Origin: an uncultured Acidimicrobiia bacterium
GTDB lineage: Bacteria > Acidobacteriota > Terriglobia > Versatilivoradales > Versatilivoraceae
Length of the DNA stretch: 64,000 bases
Reading direction: 5' to 3'
NCBI GenBank assembly: GCA_963786955.1
Contig: CAWBAT010000004.1
Coordinates: forward strand, 544,001-608,000
Positions 40,664 to 51,218 of this stretch are shown here, piece by piece. The position numbers and the translations under genes are program-made. Within the stretch, counting starts at the first letter, position 1; each line of letters begins with the position of its first letter. The notes under the pieces are model-generated. The model did not search any database and was not told where the DNA came from. It was given only the letters and a program-made list of their open reading frames with translations.

Positions 40664-41479
40664 TTATGACTCCCTCTTGAGGATCAGGACTTCCTCAAGC
40701 TTCAAGACGTTGGCAGAAACATTGACGTCGATTTTCTGAAAAAGCTGTTTGGTGGCGGAAGAGCCGATGACGTAGCCCACAAGCAACCCTTTGGGGTAGA
40801 TCTGATCCAATCCCGAGGTCAGGACTTTTTCTCCGACAACAACCTTCTCATTGGAACCAATGTACTCCACATAAGCTTGCCGGTTTCCTTCGCCTTTCAG
40901 TACTCCTTGAGCCCGGCTATTCTCCAAGAGAACCCCAACTCCGCTGTCGAAATCGGTGATCAGCTGCAAAACAGAAGCATTCCGGGAGACCTGCACGATA
41001 CGACCGACAACGCCTTCTGCATTGATCGCGGCATTGTCCTTCGCTACCCCTGCATCGGATCCTTGATCGAGGATTCGTGAGCTGTACCATTGCATGGCAG
41101 CGCCACCGATGACTTTTGCCCGAACATTGGGTATTACCAGACTGTCCTGCAGTTCCTTGAGCGTCTTCAAGCGATCGAACTCCTTGATCCGCTCCTCATA
41201 GGCAATAATGGTTCTTCGGTAGTCCGACACTTGGTTCTTCAGTTGCTGGTTTTCTTGGTAGGTATTTAGCAGGTTGATATAACCCTTCCATACTTTCGAC
41301 ACAGAGGAGATGCCGCCTACGGCCCCCTTCAGAAAAGGGGCAACAACCTCAAGGGCAAATCCTCGCAGTAGTGGCGTCTCTTTGGCTTGGGTCAAACGGG
41401 TGGAAAGCAAGAGGAGATGGGCGAAGAGGACAGCGGCGAGGAAAATAAGTTCCGTACGTGATTTGAAAAACTGCTTCAT
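40664..41479 (-). CDS. mreC: Rod shape-determining protein MreC
   Basis: TM + coiled coil; GVVGRI, VLTSGLDQIYPKGLLVG. Confidence 0.93.
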   Translation of the reverse strand: MKQFFKSRTELIFLAAVLFAHLLLLSTRLTQAKETPLLRGFALEVVAPFLKGAVGGISSVSKVWKGYINLLNTYQENQQLKNQVSDYRRTIIAYEERIKEFDRLKTLKELQDSLVIPNVRAKVIGGAAMQWYSSRILDQGSDAGVAKDNAAINAEGVVGRIVQVSRNASVLQLITDFDSGVGVLLENSRAQGVLKGEGNRQAYVEYIGSNEKVVVGEKVLTSGLDQIYPKGLLVGYVIGSSATKQLFQKIDVNVSANVLKLEEVLILKRES

Positions 41480-41520
41480 GGGAAATAGTTCCAGCCTGTA
41501 AACCCACCGCGACCATCTGA

Positions 41521-42552
41521 CTAGAATGAATCAATCGAGATCTTCTTCAAGAGGTTGAAATCGCTTAACATCTTGCCCGTTCCCAATACCACTGAGGAAA
41601 GAGGATCTTCTGCCAGGGTAACGGGAAGGCTGGTTTCCTCCCGGATACGTTTGTCCAAATTACGCAGCATCGACCCCCCTCCGGTAATCACAATACCTTT
41701 GTCCACGATATCGGCTGACAACTCTGGGGGTGTACGCTCCAAGGCAACTCGAACCGCGTTGACAATTGTTCCAACACATTCCGAAAGGGCGTCGCGAATC
41801 TCATCGTCGGTGATGAGAAGTGTCTTGGGTATCCCTTCAATCAGGTTACGCCCTTTGATTTCCATCGAAATAGGCTCATCGAGTGGATAAGCTGATCCTA
41901 TTTCGATTTTGATCTGCTCTGCGGTGCGCTCCCCGATCAGCAAATTGTATTTCCGCTTGATATATTGAGTAATGGCCTCATCCATTTCATTCCCAGCCAA
42001 GCGAACCGAACGGCTATAAACAATACCAGAGAGAGAGATTACGGCGATATCGGTTGTCCCCCCTCCTATATCGACGATCATATTTCCAGAAGGTTCCGTA
42101 ATGGGAAGTCCGGCCCCGATCGCAGCTACCATAGCCTGCTCGACAAGATAGACTTCGCTTGCCTTTGCCCGAAAAGCTGAATCGATCACGGCTCTTTTTT
42201 CAACCTGGGTAATTTCAGACGGCACCCCAATGACAATGCGGGGGTGAACCAGTAATTTGCGGCCATGGGCTTTCAAAATAAAGTAGTTCAACATCTTTTC
42301 GGTCACTTTGAAATCCGCAATGACGCCATCTTTCAGCGGCCGAATTGCGACGATATTGCCGGGGGTGCGGCCCAGCATTTCTTTGGCCTCCCTACCAACC
42401 GCTTCGACCTCCCCGGTCACCTTGTTGATGGCAACAATAGAAGGTTCATTCACTACGATCCCTTTGCCTTTGGCAAAGACGAGTGAATTGGCGGTCCCTA
42501 AATCAATGGCAAGATCGCTGGAGAAAAGGTGGAATAATGATCGAAAGTTCAT
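41521..42552 (-). CDS. mreB: Rod shape-determining protein MreB
   Basis: IDLGTAN, RPLKDGVIADF, DIGGGTT, TGGGSML. Confidence 0.98.
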   Translation of the reverse strand: MNFRSLFHLFSSDLAIDLGTANSLVFAKGKGIVVNEPSIVAINKVTGEVEAVGREAKEMLGRTPGNIVAIRPLKDGVIADFKVTEKMLNYFILKAHGRKLLVHPRIVIGVPSEITQVEKRAVIDSAFRAKASEVYLVEQAMVAAIGAGLPITEPSGNMIVDIGGGTTDIAVISLSGIVYSRSVRLAGNEMDEAITQYIKRKYNLLIGERTAEQIKIEIGSAYPLDEPISMEIKGRNLIEGIPKTLLITDDEIRDALSECVGTIVNAVRVALERTPPELSADIVDKGIVITGGGSMLRNLDKRIREETSLPVTLAEDPLSSVVLGTGKMLSDFNLLKKISIDSF

Positions 42553-42585
42553 TCAGTAATAAAACTCCTCGCAGTCGGTTGGATG

Positions 42586-43842
42586 TTAATCGACGTAAAC
42601 TTCTTTCTTGATTGTTTTGGAATTACCGCTTCGATCCTGCGCAGTGATGTTAATTAGATTCTTACCTTTATGGGGTAACGGAGAAGTGAAGTGTTTAAAA
42701 GACCCATCCGCATCCATGATTGTCACGGGCTCATCGTTGATGAGGATAGATACTCCCGGGTCGGTTCGACCAATAATTTCGAAGATATTCGAGATGCGGA
42801 TAATCTGTACCGTCAAGTAGATGTCCGATTCTTTGCTCGATTTGTTGATCACAGTGAACTTATTCGGGTCACTCTCCCGGCTCGAGAGGTTCTTGGCATC
42901 GATGGAGCTCACTGCCCAATAGTACGTTCCTTCTTCCAGGCCTGACACAACATATCGCGTATTTGCCCTGACGACCTCGTCCTTCAACACCTTTGAAAAA
43001 ACTGACGAATTGGAAACCCGAAAATGATAGGCAATGGCCTCTGGGACCGGAGACCAACTAAATTCCACCTTAGTCGATAATCCTTCACGGGCTAAAACAG
43101 GTTTTATGTTGTTAGGAGCCAAGAGTTCCGGCGGTGCTAAAACCTTCTCTTTAATGAGGCGCGAGGGATCCGCAACGACTCTTTCGTATGCTCCAATTTG
43201 AATAGTCTCATCCCCCTTGACAATCTTGGCAGAACCTCTCTGGACAGAAAACTGCGCCGTCTTTTTGTCAGGATTGGATTCTACTGCCATCCTCGATTCA
43301 GGATTTACGAGAGCGGTCGCCATGGCAGCAGACACCGCTGCCGTAGAATTGTTTCCCTCACGACGGGAAGTAGACAAATCAATGGCGCCTGAACTTACCC
43401 TGACCTTCACTTTCTTGGCCAGAGTTTGAGGGTCCTCAGAGTTCTCTTGAACGACAATGAGCGAATCCTGCTTCATCCGATAGGTTGTTCCGTCCGGGAA
43501 AACAATACTGGCAAAAGAGTCGGAAAATGTTTGAATATAATCGGCTTCCTCGAGCAAGGTTTGCTGGTCCGCATTCACCCACTGGACAGAGTCGTACTTC
43601 TTGACCTTGACCGTGCCTACAATGCCACTAAAGTGACCATATCTTTTGGAGGTTGCTTTCTTCGAAATGGTTTCGTCATTGACAAACTGGTTAAATCGGC
43701 GGACTACGTATTCCTTGAAGACGGCAAATCCTCCAAGACCGGCAACCAGAGAAATGGCTAGAACCCAAAACGTGATTTGCCGGTAGGAAACCGTGAACCA
43801 GTAGATTTCAAGTTTTTTGGGATTCCTAGCCCTCAAATCCAT
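42586..43842 (-). CDS. Membrane-anchored FecR-like protein with FN3/Ig-like C-terminal domains
   Basis: N-terminal TM; GTVKVK..W..L..DYIQT..SFASIVFPDGT (FecR-like); FSWSPV..GTYYWAVSSID; GKNLINITAQDRSGN. Confidence 0.65.
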   Translation of the reverse strand: MDLRARNPKKLEIYWFTVSYRQITFWVLAISLVAGLGGFAVFKEYVVRRFNQFVNDETISKKATSKRYGHFSGIVGTVKVKKYDSVQWVNADQQTLLEEADYIQTFSDSFASIVFPDGTTYRMKQDSLIVVQENSEDPQTLAKKVKVRVSSGAIDLSTSRREGNNSTAAVSAAMATALVNPESRMAVESNPDKKTAQFSVQRGSAKIVKGDETIQIGAYERVVADPSRLIKEKVLAPPELLAPNNIKPVLAREGLSTKVEFSWSPVPEAIAYHFRVSNSSVFSKVLKDEVVRANTRYVVSGLEEGTYYWAVSSIDAKNLSSRESDPNKFTVINKSSKESDIYLTVQIIRISNIFEIIGRTDPGVSILINDEPVTIMDADGSFKHFTSPLPHKGKNLINITAQDRSGNSKTIKKEVYVD

Positions 43843-44074
43843 AATTTATTGTGAATTGAACTACTTCGAGCTGATTAATGTAGCACAGAGATTTTAATTA
43901 CTCAACGCTTACTCTTTTCGGTAAAAATGTCCTTCTCCTTCAGGGAAAAGCGCATGCTGGCGCATTTCGGTTGCACGAAGTAACCTTTATCCTCTAAACT
44001 TTCGGTTTTGGAGAGATCTAAGATCTCTTGCATTTGGAATAATGACTTTCGAGTCAAGGAGATGTGTATAAGCA

Positions 44075-45997
44075 ATGGTTTTAGACATCATGCGCAGGGA
44101 AAAGAAGTTGTTACTTAGTTTATTGCTGGTGCCTTTGATATTTGGGCTAGTGGCCTATCTGGTCCCGGGAATGCCTGGCGGCGTTTGGGGCGGTGGAATG
44201 GGAAGTACGGCCGTGGCTAAGGTAGCTGGGTCGGAGATCACGGCTCAAGAATTTTCCAGCGCCTTTCAGCGATTTCTACGGAGTAATCAATTACCCTATG
44301 ACCGGAAGTACCTGAAGACGCTGCAAATTGACCGGCAAATTTTGAATCAGTTGATTTCCAAAGAAATAATGCTGGCAGATGCCAAACGTTTGGGCATCGA
44401 GGCAACATCCAATGATATTCAACAAAGGATCCGCACGCTCCCCTATTTCAAAGACAATGGCAATTTTGTGTTTAGCCGTTACGAAGCTATTCTCAAACAA
44501 AACGGATTAACCCCTGAGCAATTTGAGGATGGTGTACGTGAAGAGATCATTCAGGGCAAGCTGAAGAATTTGATCACCGATTGGGTCACAGTTTCAGACA
44601 AAGAACTGGAAGAAGAATTTCGGGATCGAAATGAAAAAGTAAAAGTCAGCTACGTGATATTCGATCCTTCATCTTATACGAAATCCGTGACAGTTCAGGA
44701 AACCGATATCAAAGCCTTTTTTGATCAAAACAAGGAGAACTACCGGGTTCCCGAGCAACGGAAAGTGAAATACCTCTATATTGACACGGGCAACCTGCGA
44801 AATTCGGTTCAGATCTCAGACGCAGAGGTCAAGAGTTACTACCAGCAGAATATTTCCACCTACACGTTGCCGGAGAGAGTGCACGCAGCCCATATTTTGT
44901 TTAAGACCGAGGGGAAGTCACCTGAGGAAACTGAAAAAATCAAAATCAAAGCTACGGAAGTCCTTAGCCAAGCCAAGAAGGGAGCTAATTTCTCGGAACT
45001 GGCAAAGAAATATTCAGAGGATAGTACGGCCGGCAACGGGGGTGACCTGGGTATGTTCGGCCGAGGGGCCATGGTTCCAGAATTTGAAAACGCGGCTTTC
45101 TCGCAGGAACCTGGTGCGACGAGTGATCTGGTGAAGACGAAGTATGGGTTCCACATTGTAAAGACACTGGAGAAACAACCCGCCCATACTCAGAGCCTGG
45201 AAGAAGTTTCTACGTTGATCCGTCCGACTTTGCAACAGCGAAGAGCTGAGCAATTGGCACAGGAATTGGCGGACAAAGCATTCAATCTGACCAAGAACAA
45301 CAAGACGCTGGATCAGACAGCCGCGGAACTAAAGCTCAAGACCGAAGAGACGCCGTTCTTTCTTCAAGGCGGCGTTGTTCCCGCCATGGGTAATTCTCAG
45401 GAATTCTCATCCAAAGTCTTTTCACTGAAACCCAATGAGATCAGTTCCCCTGTACGAATCCCAAGCGGCTTCGCGCTCTGTCAACTCAGTGGAACGAAGG
45501 AACCTTACGTTCCCGGCTTAGACGAGGTACGAGCTAAGATTGAGGAAGCATTGAAAAGCTCAAAGGCTTCCGACATTGCAAAAACCAAAGCACAGGATTT
45601 TTCGAATAAGGCTAAGGGATCGGGATCTTTTGAGTCATTGGCCAAAGAATACGAAGTTTCAGTGAAAGTCGCTGACGAGTTCGCTCGTAACGGAAACATT
45701 AAGGAGTTGGGTTCCAGCTCACCATTCGACTCTTTTGCGTTTTCAGCCAAACCAGGTGATGTGAATCAGCCAGTTCAATTAGGACAGAAATTTGCCGTTA
45801 TCAAACTCGTGGAAAGAAAGACCGTTGACATGAACGAACTGGCTAAAACGAAAGAAAGTCTTCGACTAAGCCTGGCCACCCCCAAGAAGGATAAAGTCTT
45901 TGAGGCTTACACAGAGGCGCTCAAAGAAAAGATGACAAAGGCCGGGAAGATCAAAATAGACGAAGCTCAGTTCGCCGCGGTTTCACGCCGGCTCTGA
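44075..45997 (+). CDS. ppiD: PpiD-like peptidyl-prolyl isomerase (SurA_N + rotamase)
   Basis: N-terminal TM; HAAHILFK, FSELAKKYSED, GGDLGMF..MVPEFENAAF, YGFHIV. Confidence 0.85.
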   Translation: MVLDIMRREKKLLLSLLLVPLIFGLVAYLVPGMPGGVWGGGMGSTAVAKVAGSEITAQEFSSAFQRFLRSNQLPYDRKYLKTLQIDRQILNQLISKEIMLADAKRLGIEATSNDIQQRIRTLPYFKDNGNFVFSRYEAILKQNGLTPEQFEDGVREEIIQGKLKNLITDWVTVSDKELEEEFRDRNEKVKVSYVIFDPSSYTKSVTVQETDIKAFFDQNKENYRVPEQRKVKYLYIDTGNLRNSVQISDAEVKSYYQQNISTYTLPERVHAAHILFKTEGKSPEETEKIKIKATEVLSQAKKGANFSELAKKYSEDSTAGNGGDLGMFGRGAMVPEFENAAFSQEPGATSDLVKTKYGFHIVKTLEKQPAHTQSLEEVSTLIRPTLQQRRAEQLAQELADKAFNLTKNNKTLDQTAAELKLKTEETPFFLQGGVVPAMGNSQEFSSKVFSLKPNEISSPVRIPSGFALCQLSGTKEPYVPGLDEVRAKIEEALKSSKASDIAKTKAQDFSNKAKGSGSFESLAKEYEVSVKVADEFARNGNIKELGSSSPFDSFAFSAKPGDVNQPVQLGQKFAVIKLVERKTVDMNELAKTKESLRLSLATPKKDKVFEAYTEALKEKMTKAGKIKIDEAQFAAVSRRL

Positions 45998-46024
45998 GAT
46001 CCAAAAGATACAGGACAGGTCTGG

Positions 46025-46053
46025 AAAATCCACTCTACGGAGTGGATTTTTTT
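46025..46053 (+). terminator. Intrinsic terminator
   Basis: AAAATCCACTC-tacg-GAGTGGATTTT followed by a T tract. Confidence 0.8.
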
Positions 46054-46109
46054 GTTTTTAGTGCGACAATGATCTGAAAGAAAACAATGGGAGACTGGAG
46101 AGGGGATTT

Positions 46110-47372
46110 ATGACAAAACACTTACGAATCATGATCACACTCATCCTGATGGGGTCGTTATCAAACGTCTTTGCTGGCGAGGTTCAAAATAATTCCCGGC
46201 ATTCACCGAGCGCCACTCAGATTCAAACACCCAGTCAATCCAGCAGATCGCTGAATGAAATGAGAAATATCCTTCGCAGTAAGTTAATCGCGGGCGGAGA
46301 AGGTTATTCTTACGTTTGTCTGATTCCTACGGTTGCTAACGATTTAAATACACGAACCAATCTAGGGCTCAACAATTTCAGTACTGTTTCACTAGTAAGC
46401 GGGCCTAACCCGGATGCGAATGTTCTTGTTGTGTTATATAACATTCAAGGCAATGTCGCTGCTACCGGAAACTATGTTGTCGGCTCGAACGCACTTCTAC
46501 AAATCCCTAACATAATCCCTACGCTCGGCTCCAACATCAGTGTCGGTTGGTTACTCATCTTCTCAGACCAGCCGCTTACCGCATGGGCCTCGGTCATCAA
46601 TAACGCAACCAATGATCCTAGCATTGAACTGGCTATCGCCGACCAGATTGGTAAGCCTTTGGCCTATCTAGAGAGCACTGGAAATCGTTTAATGATCCAA
46701 TCAACTACGAACATCGGAAAATTCCAGTCCAGTCTTGCCGTTGTCAACGTGGGGAGTGAGGAGGGCTTACTGCTGATTAAGATCTATGATTATTCTGGAA
46801 ACCTAGTTGCTACGGAAACGGCATCCATCCCCGTAAATGGCATGTACATAAACAATAACATCCGTGGCAGTTCCTATGGTCCCATCATCATTGAAGTCAC
46901 GGATCCTAATTCGACCAACGACACGAGTCCACGCATCATTGCTAACTCGTTGGTTCGGAGTAGTGCCGATCAAACCGGCGGGTTTTTCCCGGCCTTTGCA
47001 CTCCCACAAGCCGACACGGTGGCCGTCGCCGGAATTTGGGATGGAACGATTTTATCCGGGACTCTCATTAGTGCTCAGGTTACAGTGACATTATATCAAG
47101 AACGAGACATGCTCTATGGATTTCTGGATATCACGAGCGGTGTCTTTCCAACACTTTATCGAAGTTTCTCTATTGCGGGAGGAATCACCAATTTCTACAA
47201 CTTTCAGGTTACCGATTCGCTCGACCAAGATAACACTTTTTTTGTCTACAGCTTCATCGGCTCTCTTCAAAGTGGCCATTTGAAGGGGGATACGCTTTAT
47301 TTCGACGAAAAGAATCGGAGTGCCGTGGGCACTCTTGATTTAACCCGCACGGGACCAATCTATACCCCATAA
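46110..47372 (+). CDS. Hypothetical secreted beta-rich protein
   Basis: Signal peptide (..NVFA/G); two related repeats (RTNLGLNN..YNIQGN / QSSLAVVN..YDYSGN). Confidence 0.75.
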   Translation: MTKHLRIMITLILMGSLSNVFAGEVQNNSRHSPSATQIQTPSQSSRSLNEMRNILRSKLIAGGEGYSYVCLIPTVANDLNTRTNLGLNNFSTVSLVSGPNPDANVLVVLYNIQGNVAATGNYVVGSNALLQIPNIIPTLGSNISVGWLLIFSDQPLTAWASVINNATNDPSIELAIADQIGKPLAYLESTGNRLMIQSTTNIGKFQSSLAVVNVGSEEGLLLIKIYDYSGNLVATETASIPVNGMYINNNIRGSSYGPIIIEVTDPNSTNDTSPRIIANSLVRSSADQTGGFFPAFALPQADTVAVAGIWDGTILSGTLISAQVTVTLYQERDMLYGFLDITSGVFPTLYRSFSIAGGITNFYNFQVTDSLDQDNTFFVYSFIGSLQSGHLKGDTLYFDEKNRSAVGTLDLTRTGPIYTP

Positions 47373-47438
47373 TCTTCGACTTATCCTTCATTCAGTTTTT
47401 TTTCTGCAAGCAACCCATTGCCGGAATGCGGAGGGCTT

Positions 47439-49013
47439 ATGTCAGACAGGGGCATCATCCTTTCAGGTCTCCTGACTCTGATCGCATGGACGGGTCTAAA
47501 CATGGCCAGCAATCCGGCCGTGGCTACGCGAAAAATCAGCCTAGAATCGCTCGAAGACAAGATCCGCGGAGGGTGGGCTGGTCAGATGATTGGAGTTTCT
47601 TTTGGTGCGCCCACCGAATTTCGCTCGAATGGCAAAATGATCGGAGGCAACCTACCCTGGATTCCGGAACGAGTCAGCAACGCGTTGGTTCAGGACGATC
47701 TCTACGTTGACATGACATTTGCTGAAACACTGGATCAACTCGGCCTGGATGCCACGACCGAACAATTCGGTGAAGCCTTTAAAGACTCCAAATATTCTTT
47801 ATGGCACGCCAACGCAGGGGCTCGACGCCTTCTGAATCGGGGGATTAAGGCCCCGATGTCTGGCCATCCGCTTTACAACATTCATGCCGACGATATCGAT
47901 TTTCAGATCGAGTCTGATTTTATCGGCCTCATGACCCCGGGTCTACCTCAGGAATCCAATAAGTATTGCGACCGGGTCGGGCGGGTGATGAATTACGGTG
48001 ATGGCCTCTACGGAGGCATGTTTGTTTGCGGGATGTATGCGGCTGCCTTCTTTGAAAATGATATCGATAAAGTTGTAGAACAAGGGCTGGGCTGTATCCC
48101 CGCTGAGAGTAGCTATGGGAAAATCATTCGGAGCGTCATCAACTGGCACCGTAAGTTTCCTCAGGACTGGAGAAGAACGTGGACATTCATCGAAAACGAA
48201 TGGGACAAGAATGATCCTTGCCCGGACGGTGCTCTTAAGCCATTCAACATTGATGCCAAGCTTAACGGTGCATACATCGCTCTGGGCCTACTTTATGGAA
48301 AGTCTGATTTTGCCAAGACGATAGAGATCTCCACACGAGCCGGGCAAGATTCGGACTGCAACCCGGCCAATGCCATGGGAATCCTTGGAGTTATGCTAGG
48401 TTATTCCGGCATACCGGATAAATGGAAAGCCGGGATACCTGCCATAGCAGATCAAAAATTTGATTTCACCCAATCATCTTTAAACGACATTACCCGTTCC
48501 ACGGTGGCCCGAGCCATTAAGGTGGTTGAAAAGGTCGGCGGCGCTGTTAAGGGGAATGAGCTCTTCATTCCGATGCAAATTCCTAAACCTCCAAGACTTG
48601 AGCAGTGGGACATGGGAATCCCCGTTAAACGTGTTGACCCGTTAAATCCCAACTGGACCTGGAAGGGGAACTGGTCAGAGGAACATTTTTGGGACACGGA
48701 CGGGCTCATGGCCCGGAAGACGAGCAGTACTCCCGGAGCCGAAGCCACGCTGACTTTTGAAGGAACCGCGATTGCCCTGGTGGGAGACTGCACCCAAGAA
48801 GGTGGGCGTGCCGATCTCTACCTGGATAATGAACGAAAAGGTGAAGCCGATGCTTACATCATCGAACGAACCAACGACAATGATCTTTGGCATGCGTTTG
48901 GGCTCAAACCAGGTAAACACACCTTGCGACTGGTATTGCGGGAGGATGCAGATCCCCGGTCAAAGGGCAGAAAGGTCAGCATCACTTCGGCGGTGACCTA
49001 CGTGTCGCATTAA
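47439..49013 (+). CDS. ADP-ribosylglycohydrolase family protein with C-terminal beta-sandwich
   Basis: KIRGGWAGQMIG..GAPTEF, QDDLYV, GQDSDCN; N-terminal hydrophobic segment. Confidence 0.85.
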   Translation: MSDRGIILSGLLTLIAWTGLNMASNPAVATRKISLESLEDKIRGGWAGQMIGVSFGAPTEFRSNGKMIGGNLPWIPERVSNALVQDDLYVDMTFAETLDQLGLDATTEQFGEAFKDSKYSLWHANAGARRLLNRGIKAPMSGHPLYNIHADDIDFQIESDFIGLMTPGLPQESNKYCDRVGRVMNYGDGLYGGMFVCGMYAAAFFENDIDKVVEQGLGCIPAESSYGKIIRSVINWHRKFPQDWRRTWTFIENEWDKNDPCPDGALKPFNIDAKLNGAYIALGLLYGKSDFAKTIEISTRAGQDSDCNPANAMGILGVMLGYSGIPDKWKAGIPAIADQKFDFTQSSLNDITRSTVARAIKVVEKVGGAVKGNELFIPMQIPKPPRLEQWDMGIPVKRVDPLNPNWTWKGNWSEEHFWDTDGLMARKTSSTPGAEATLTFEGTAIALVGDCTQEGGRADLYLDNERKGEADAYIIERTNDNDLWHAFGLKPGKHTLRLVLREDADPRSKGRKVSITSAVTYVSH

Positions 49014-49118
49014 CTCAGCCGGTATAGACCAGCATGTGAAGAGCCCGAAAGAAATGGGGTTTTGTCCAGAAGAATTTAGGCGAACAGGATGCGATCGACG
49101 GGTAGGAGAGGCGTTGAG

Positions 49119-50048
49119 ATGCCTGGAAAGATAGTCGTCATTGGCAGCCTGAATATGGATTTTTTCGTCCGGGTTGCGCGACTACCTCTGCCTGGAGAAA
49201 CCATTCTCGGGTCAAGCTTTGAGATGCTCCCCGGCGGCAAGGGGGCAAACCAGGCTTACACCGTGGCACGACTGGGCGGGACGGCGGGAATGATCGGCTG
49301 CGTTGGTCAGGATATCTTCGGACAACGCTTGATCAACAATCTCAAAACTGCCGGAGTTGAGACTTCGCATGTCCTTGAGACTTCCACGAGTCCAACGGGT
49401 GTCGCATTCATTGCCGTGGAAAAGAATGGACAAAATCAGATTGTGGTAGCGCCAGGCGCCAACGAGAACTTGGACTCAGGACATATCACGCGAGCCCTGA
49501 GTGAAATTCGACCCGAGTACATCTTGCTTCAACTCGAAATTCCATTACGTATCGTCGAATGTGCCATCATCGTGGGCCGCAACCAGCATGCCTTTCTGGT
49601 ATTTGACCCGGCTCCGGTCAAGCCTATCGATCCCCGGCTGCTCAGCCAGATCGACATTTTGACTCCTAACGAAAGCGAGGCTCTCTCTCTGCTGGGGAGA
49701 AGGGGAAATAGCATTCCCCTTGAAGAAGCAGGCGCAATAGCCGGAGATCTACTAAAAATGGGCCCTCGACAAGTCATTCTGAAATTGGGCAATAACGGGG
49801 CGTGGTATACAGATGGTCTCAGGAGCCGGCATTTCCCGGCCAGAACCGTTCAAGCCATTGACGCTACGGCAGCGGGAGACACGTTCAATGGAGCCCTATC
49901 CGTTGCCTTGGCGGAAGGACGATCGATTGATGAAGCGATTTCTTTTGCCAACATCGCTGCTTCTCTGTGTGTTACCAAACTTGGCGCTCAAGCCTCGGTC
50001 CCGACTCGCGAAGAAGTCGACACCTTGTATTCGGATTGCGCCCAATGA
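49119..50048 (+). CDS. rbsK: Ribokinase
   Basis: GSLNMD, PGGKGANQA, PNESEA, DATAAGDTFNG. Confidence 0.92.
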   Translation: MPGKIVVIGSLNMDFFVRVARLPLPGETILGSSFEMLPGGKGANQAYTVARLGGTAGMIGCVGQDIFGQRLINNLKTAGVETSHVLETSTSPTGVAFIAVEKNGQNQIVVAPGANENLDSGHITRALSEIRPEYILLQLEIPLRIVECAIIVGRNQHAFLVFDPAPVKPIDPRLLSQIDILTPNESEALSLLGRRGNSIPLEEAGAIAGDLLKMGPRQVILKLGNNGAWYTDGLRSRHFPARTVQAIDATAAGDTFNGALSVALAEGRSIDEAISFANIAASLCVTKLGAQASVPTREEVDTLYSDCAQ

Positions 50049-50092
50049 ATTTCCCGATTATCCCAAATTCCGAAGTTACTTAAGCGTCGCCA

Positions 50093-50159
50093 TGTGGAGC
50101 GGGCGCGCACGCTCAATCAACGCGCGGCGGGGGACAGCGGTCCCACGCTCGCGTTCCAC
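50093..50159. repeat. REP-like element (GTGGA...TCCAC family)
   Basis: Related copies at 20414-20470, 26416-26438 and 28679-28749; lies between convergent genes. Confidence 0.7.
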
Positions 50160-50245
50160 CGTAGTTCCGCCGGAAGGTGTGTTGACAAGGAAACTGATGA
50201 CCTGCTCAGCACAACAAAAATAGCCTGAAGAGCGATGGAATTGAC

Positions 50246-51154
50246 TTAGTCTTCCTCATCCTTCTCCTCAATTCGGTAGACCACTTTAACGGTGTGGTTA
50301 GAGGCAACGGGGTTTCCACTTTGGAAGGCCGGAGCAAACTCCCACCAGTTCTTCACCTCATACAAAGCGCGTTCAGTAAGCCCATACTCTAAGGTATTCT
50401 CCGCCTTAGCTTCAATCACTTCCCCTTTTTCATTAAGCTTCAACGAAATCTCTACCTCTCCTCCTTTCTTCTTTTTGAGCGCTTGCTCGGTCTGGGGGGG
50501 ATTGGTGCTCAGAAGCGTAATCGGACCGCGACTGCCTTCACTGGTTGGAGGGACATTGACTCTTCGATAGCGAACTGTAGAACCGTAATTATTTCTTCCA
50601 AATTTGACTCGGATATCGAAGTTTTTTAGGTACTCGCTTCCCACATCGAGGTTGATTTTGTCCAGATTCTTGCTGAATTCCTCAAACTCGGCGGCACTCA
50701 TTGGCTGAAGTCTGAAAGCTTGGCTCCCCATTAAGAAGATGACCTTGCGCACGGCTTGCGGGCAAATGAAGCTGTATCCCAATTCCCACTTGCGGCGAGT
50801 CCTCGCAGTCACGCAGGCTCGAACACCACCATCTGTCTTGGACTTCGTTCCGTCATAGAGAAACGAGTCAAATCTGAGAATGGTGCCGTCATCCGCTCGC
50901 ATCGTGATGTTTTCAATAGAGAGACATCGGCGTGTATCCCCAATGTTTACCAATTCCACCCAAAATTCTTTTTTGGGCGTAACTTCAAGCGACATAATGA
51001 TTTTGGCATCCATGTACACATGGCAGGGACCGGAAGTAGGAGTGAAGTCGGCTGTCGCAAAAAGTAAAGAGCGGGTGGAAAAAGAGAACCAAACCAAGAA
51101 ATAGAAGGGCAGGAAGGAAGCTTTTCGAAAGGCCATACTTCTATAATCTTTCAT
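50246..51154 (-). CDS. Secreted protein with C-terminal TonB_C domain
   Basis: PPQTEQALKKKKGGEV..NEKGEV..YGLTERA..WEFAPAFQSGNPV. Start uncertain. Confidence 0.75.
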   Translation of the reverse strand: MKDYRSMAFRKASFLPFYFLVWFSFSTRSLLFATADFTPTSGPCHVYMDAKIIMSLEVTPKKEFWVELVNIGDTRRCLSIENITMRADDGTILRFDSFLYDGTKSKTDGGVRACVTARTRRKWELGYSFICPQAVRKVIFLMGSQAFRLQPMSAAEFEEFSKNLDKINLDVGSEYLKNFDIRVKFGRNNYGSTVRYRRVNVPPTSEGSRGPITLLSTNPPQTEQALKKKKGGEVEISLKLNEKGEVIEAKAENTLEYGLTERALYEVKNWWEFAPAFQSGNPVASNHTVKVVYRIEEKDEED

Positions 51155-51218
51155 TGAAGACTCCAACACATTTTCTTTATCAAATGTAGAATGTGCTCCC
51201 AGTGTATCGTAACATCCA

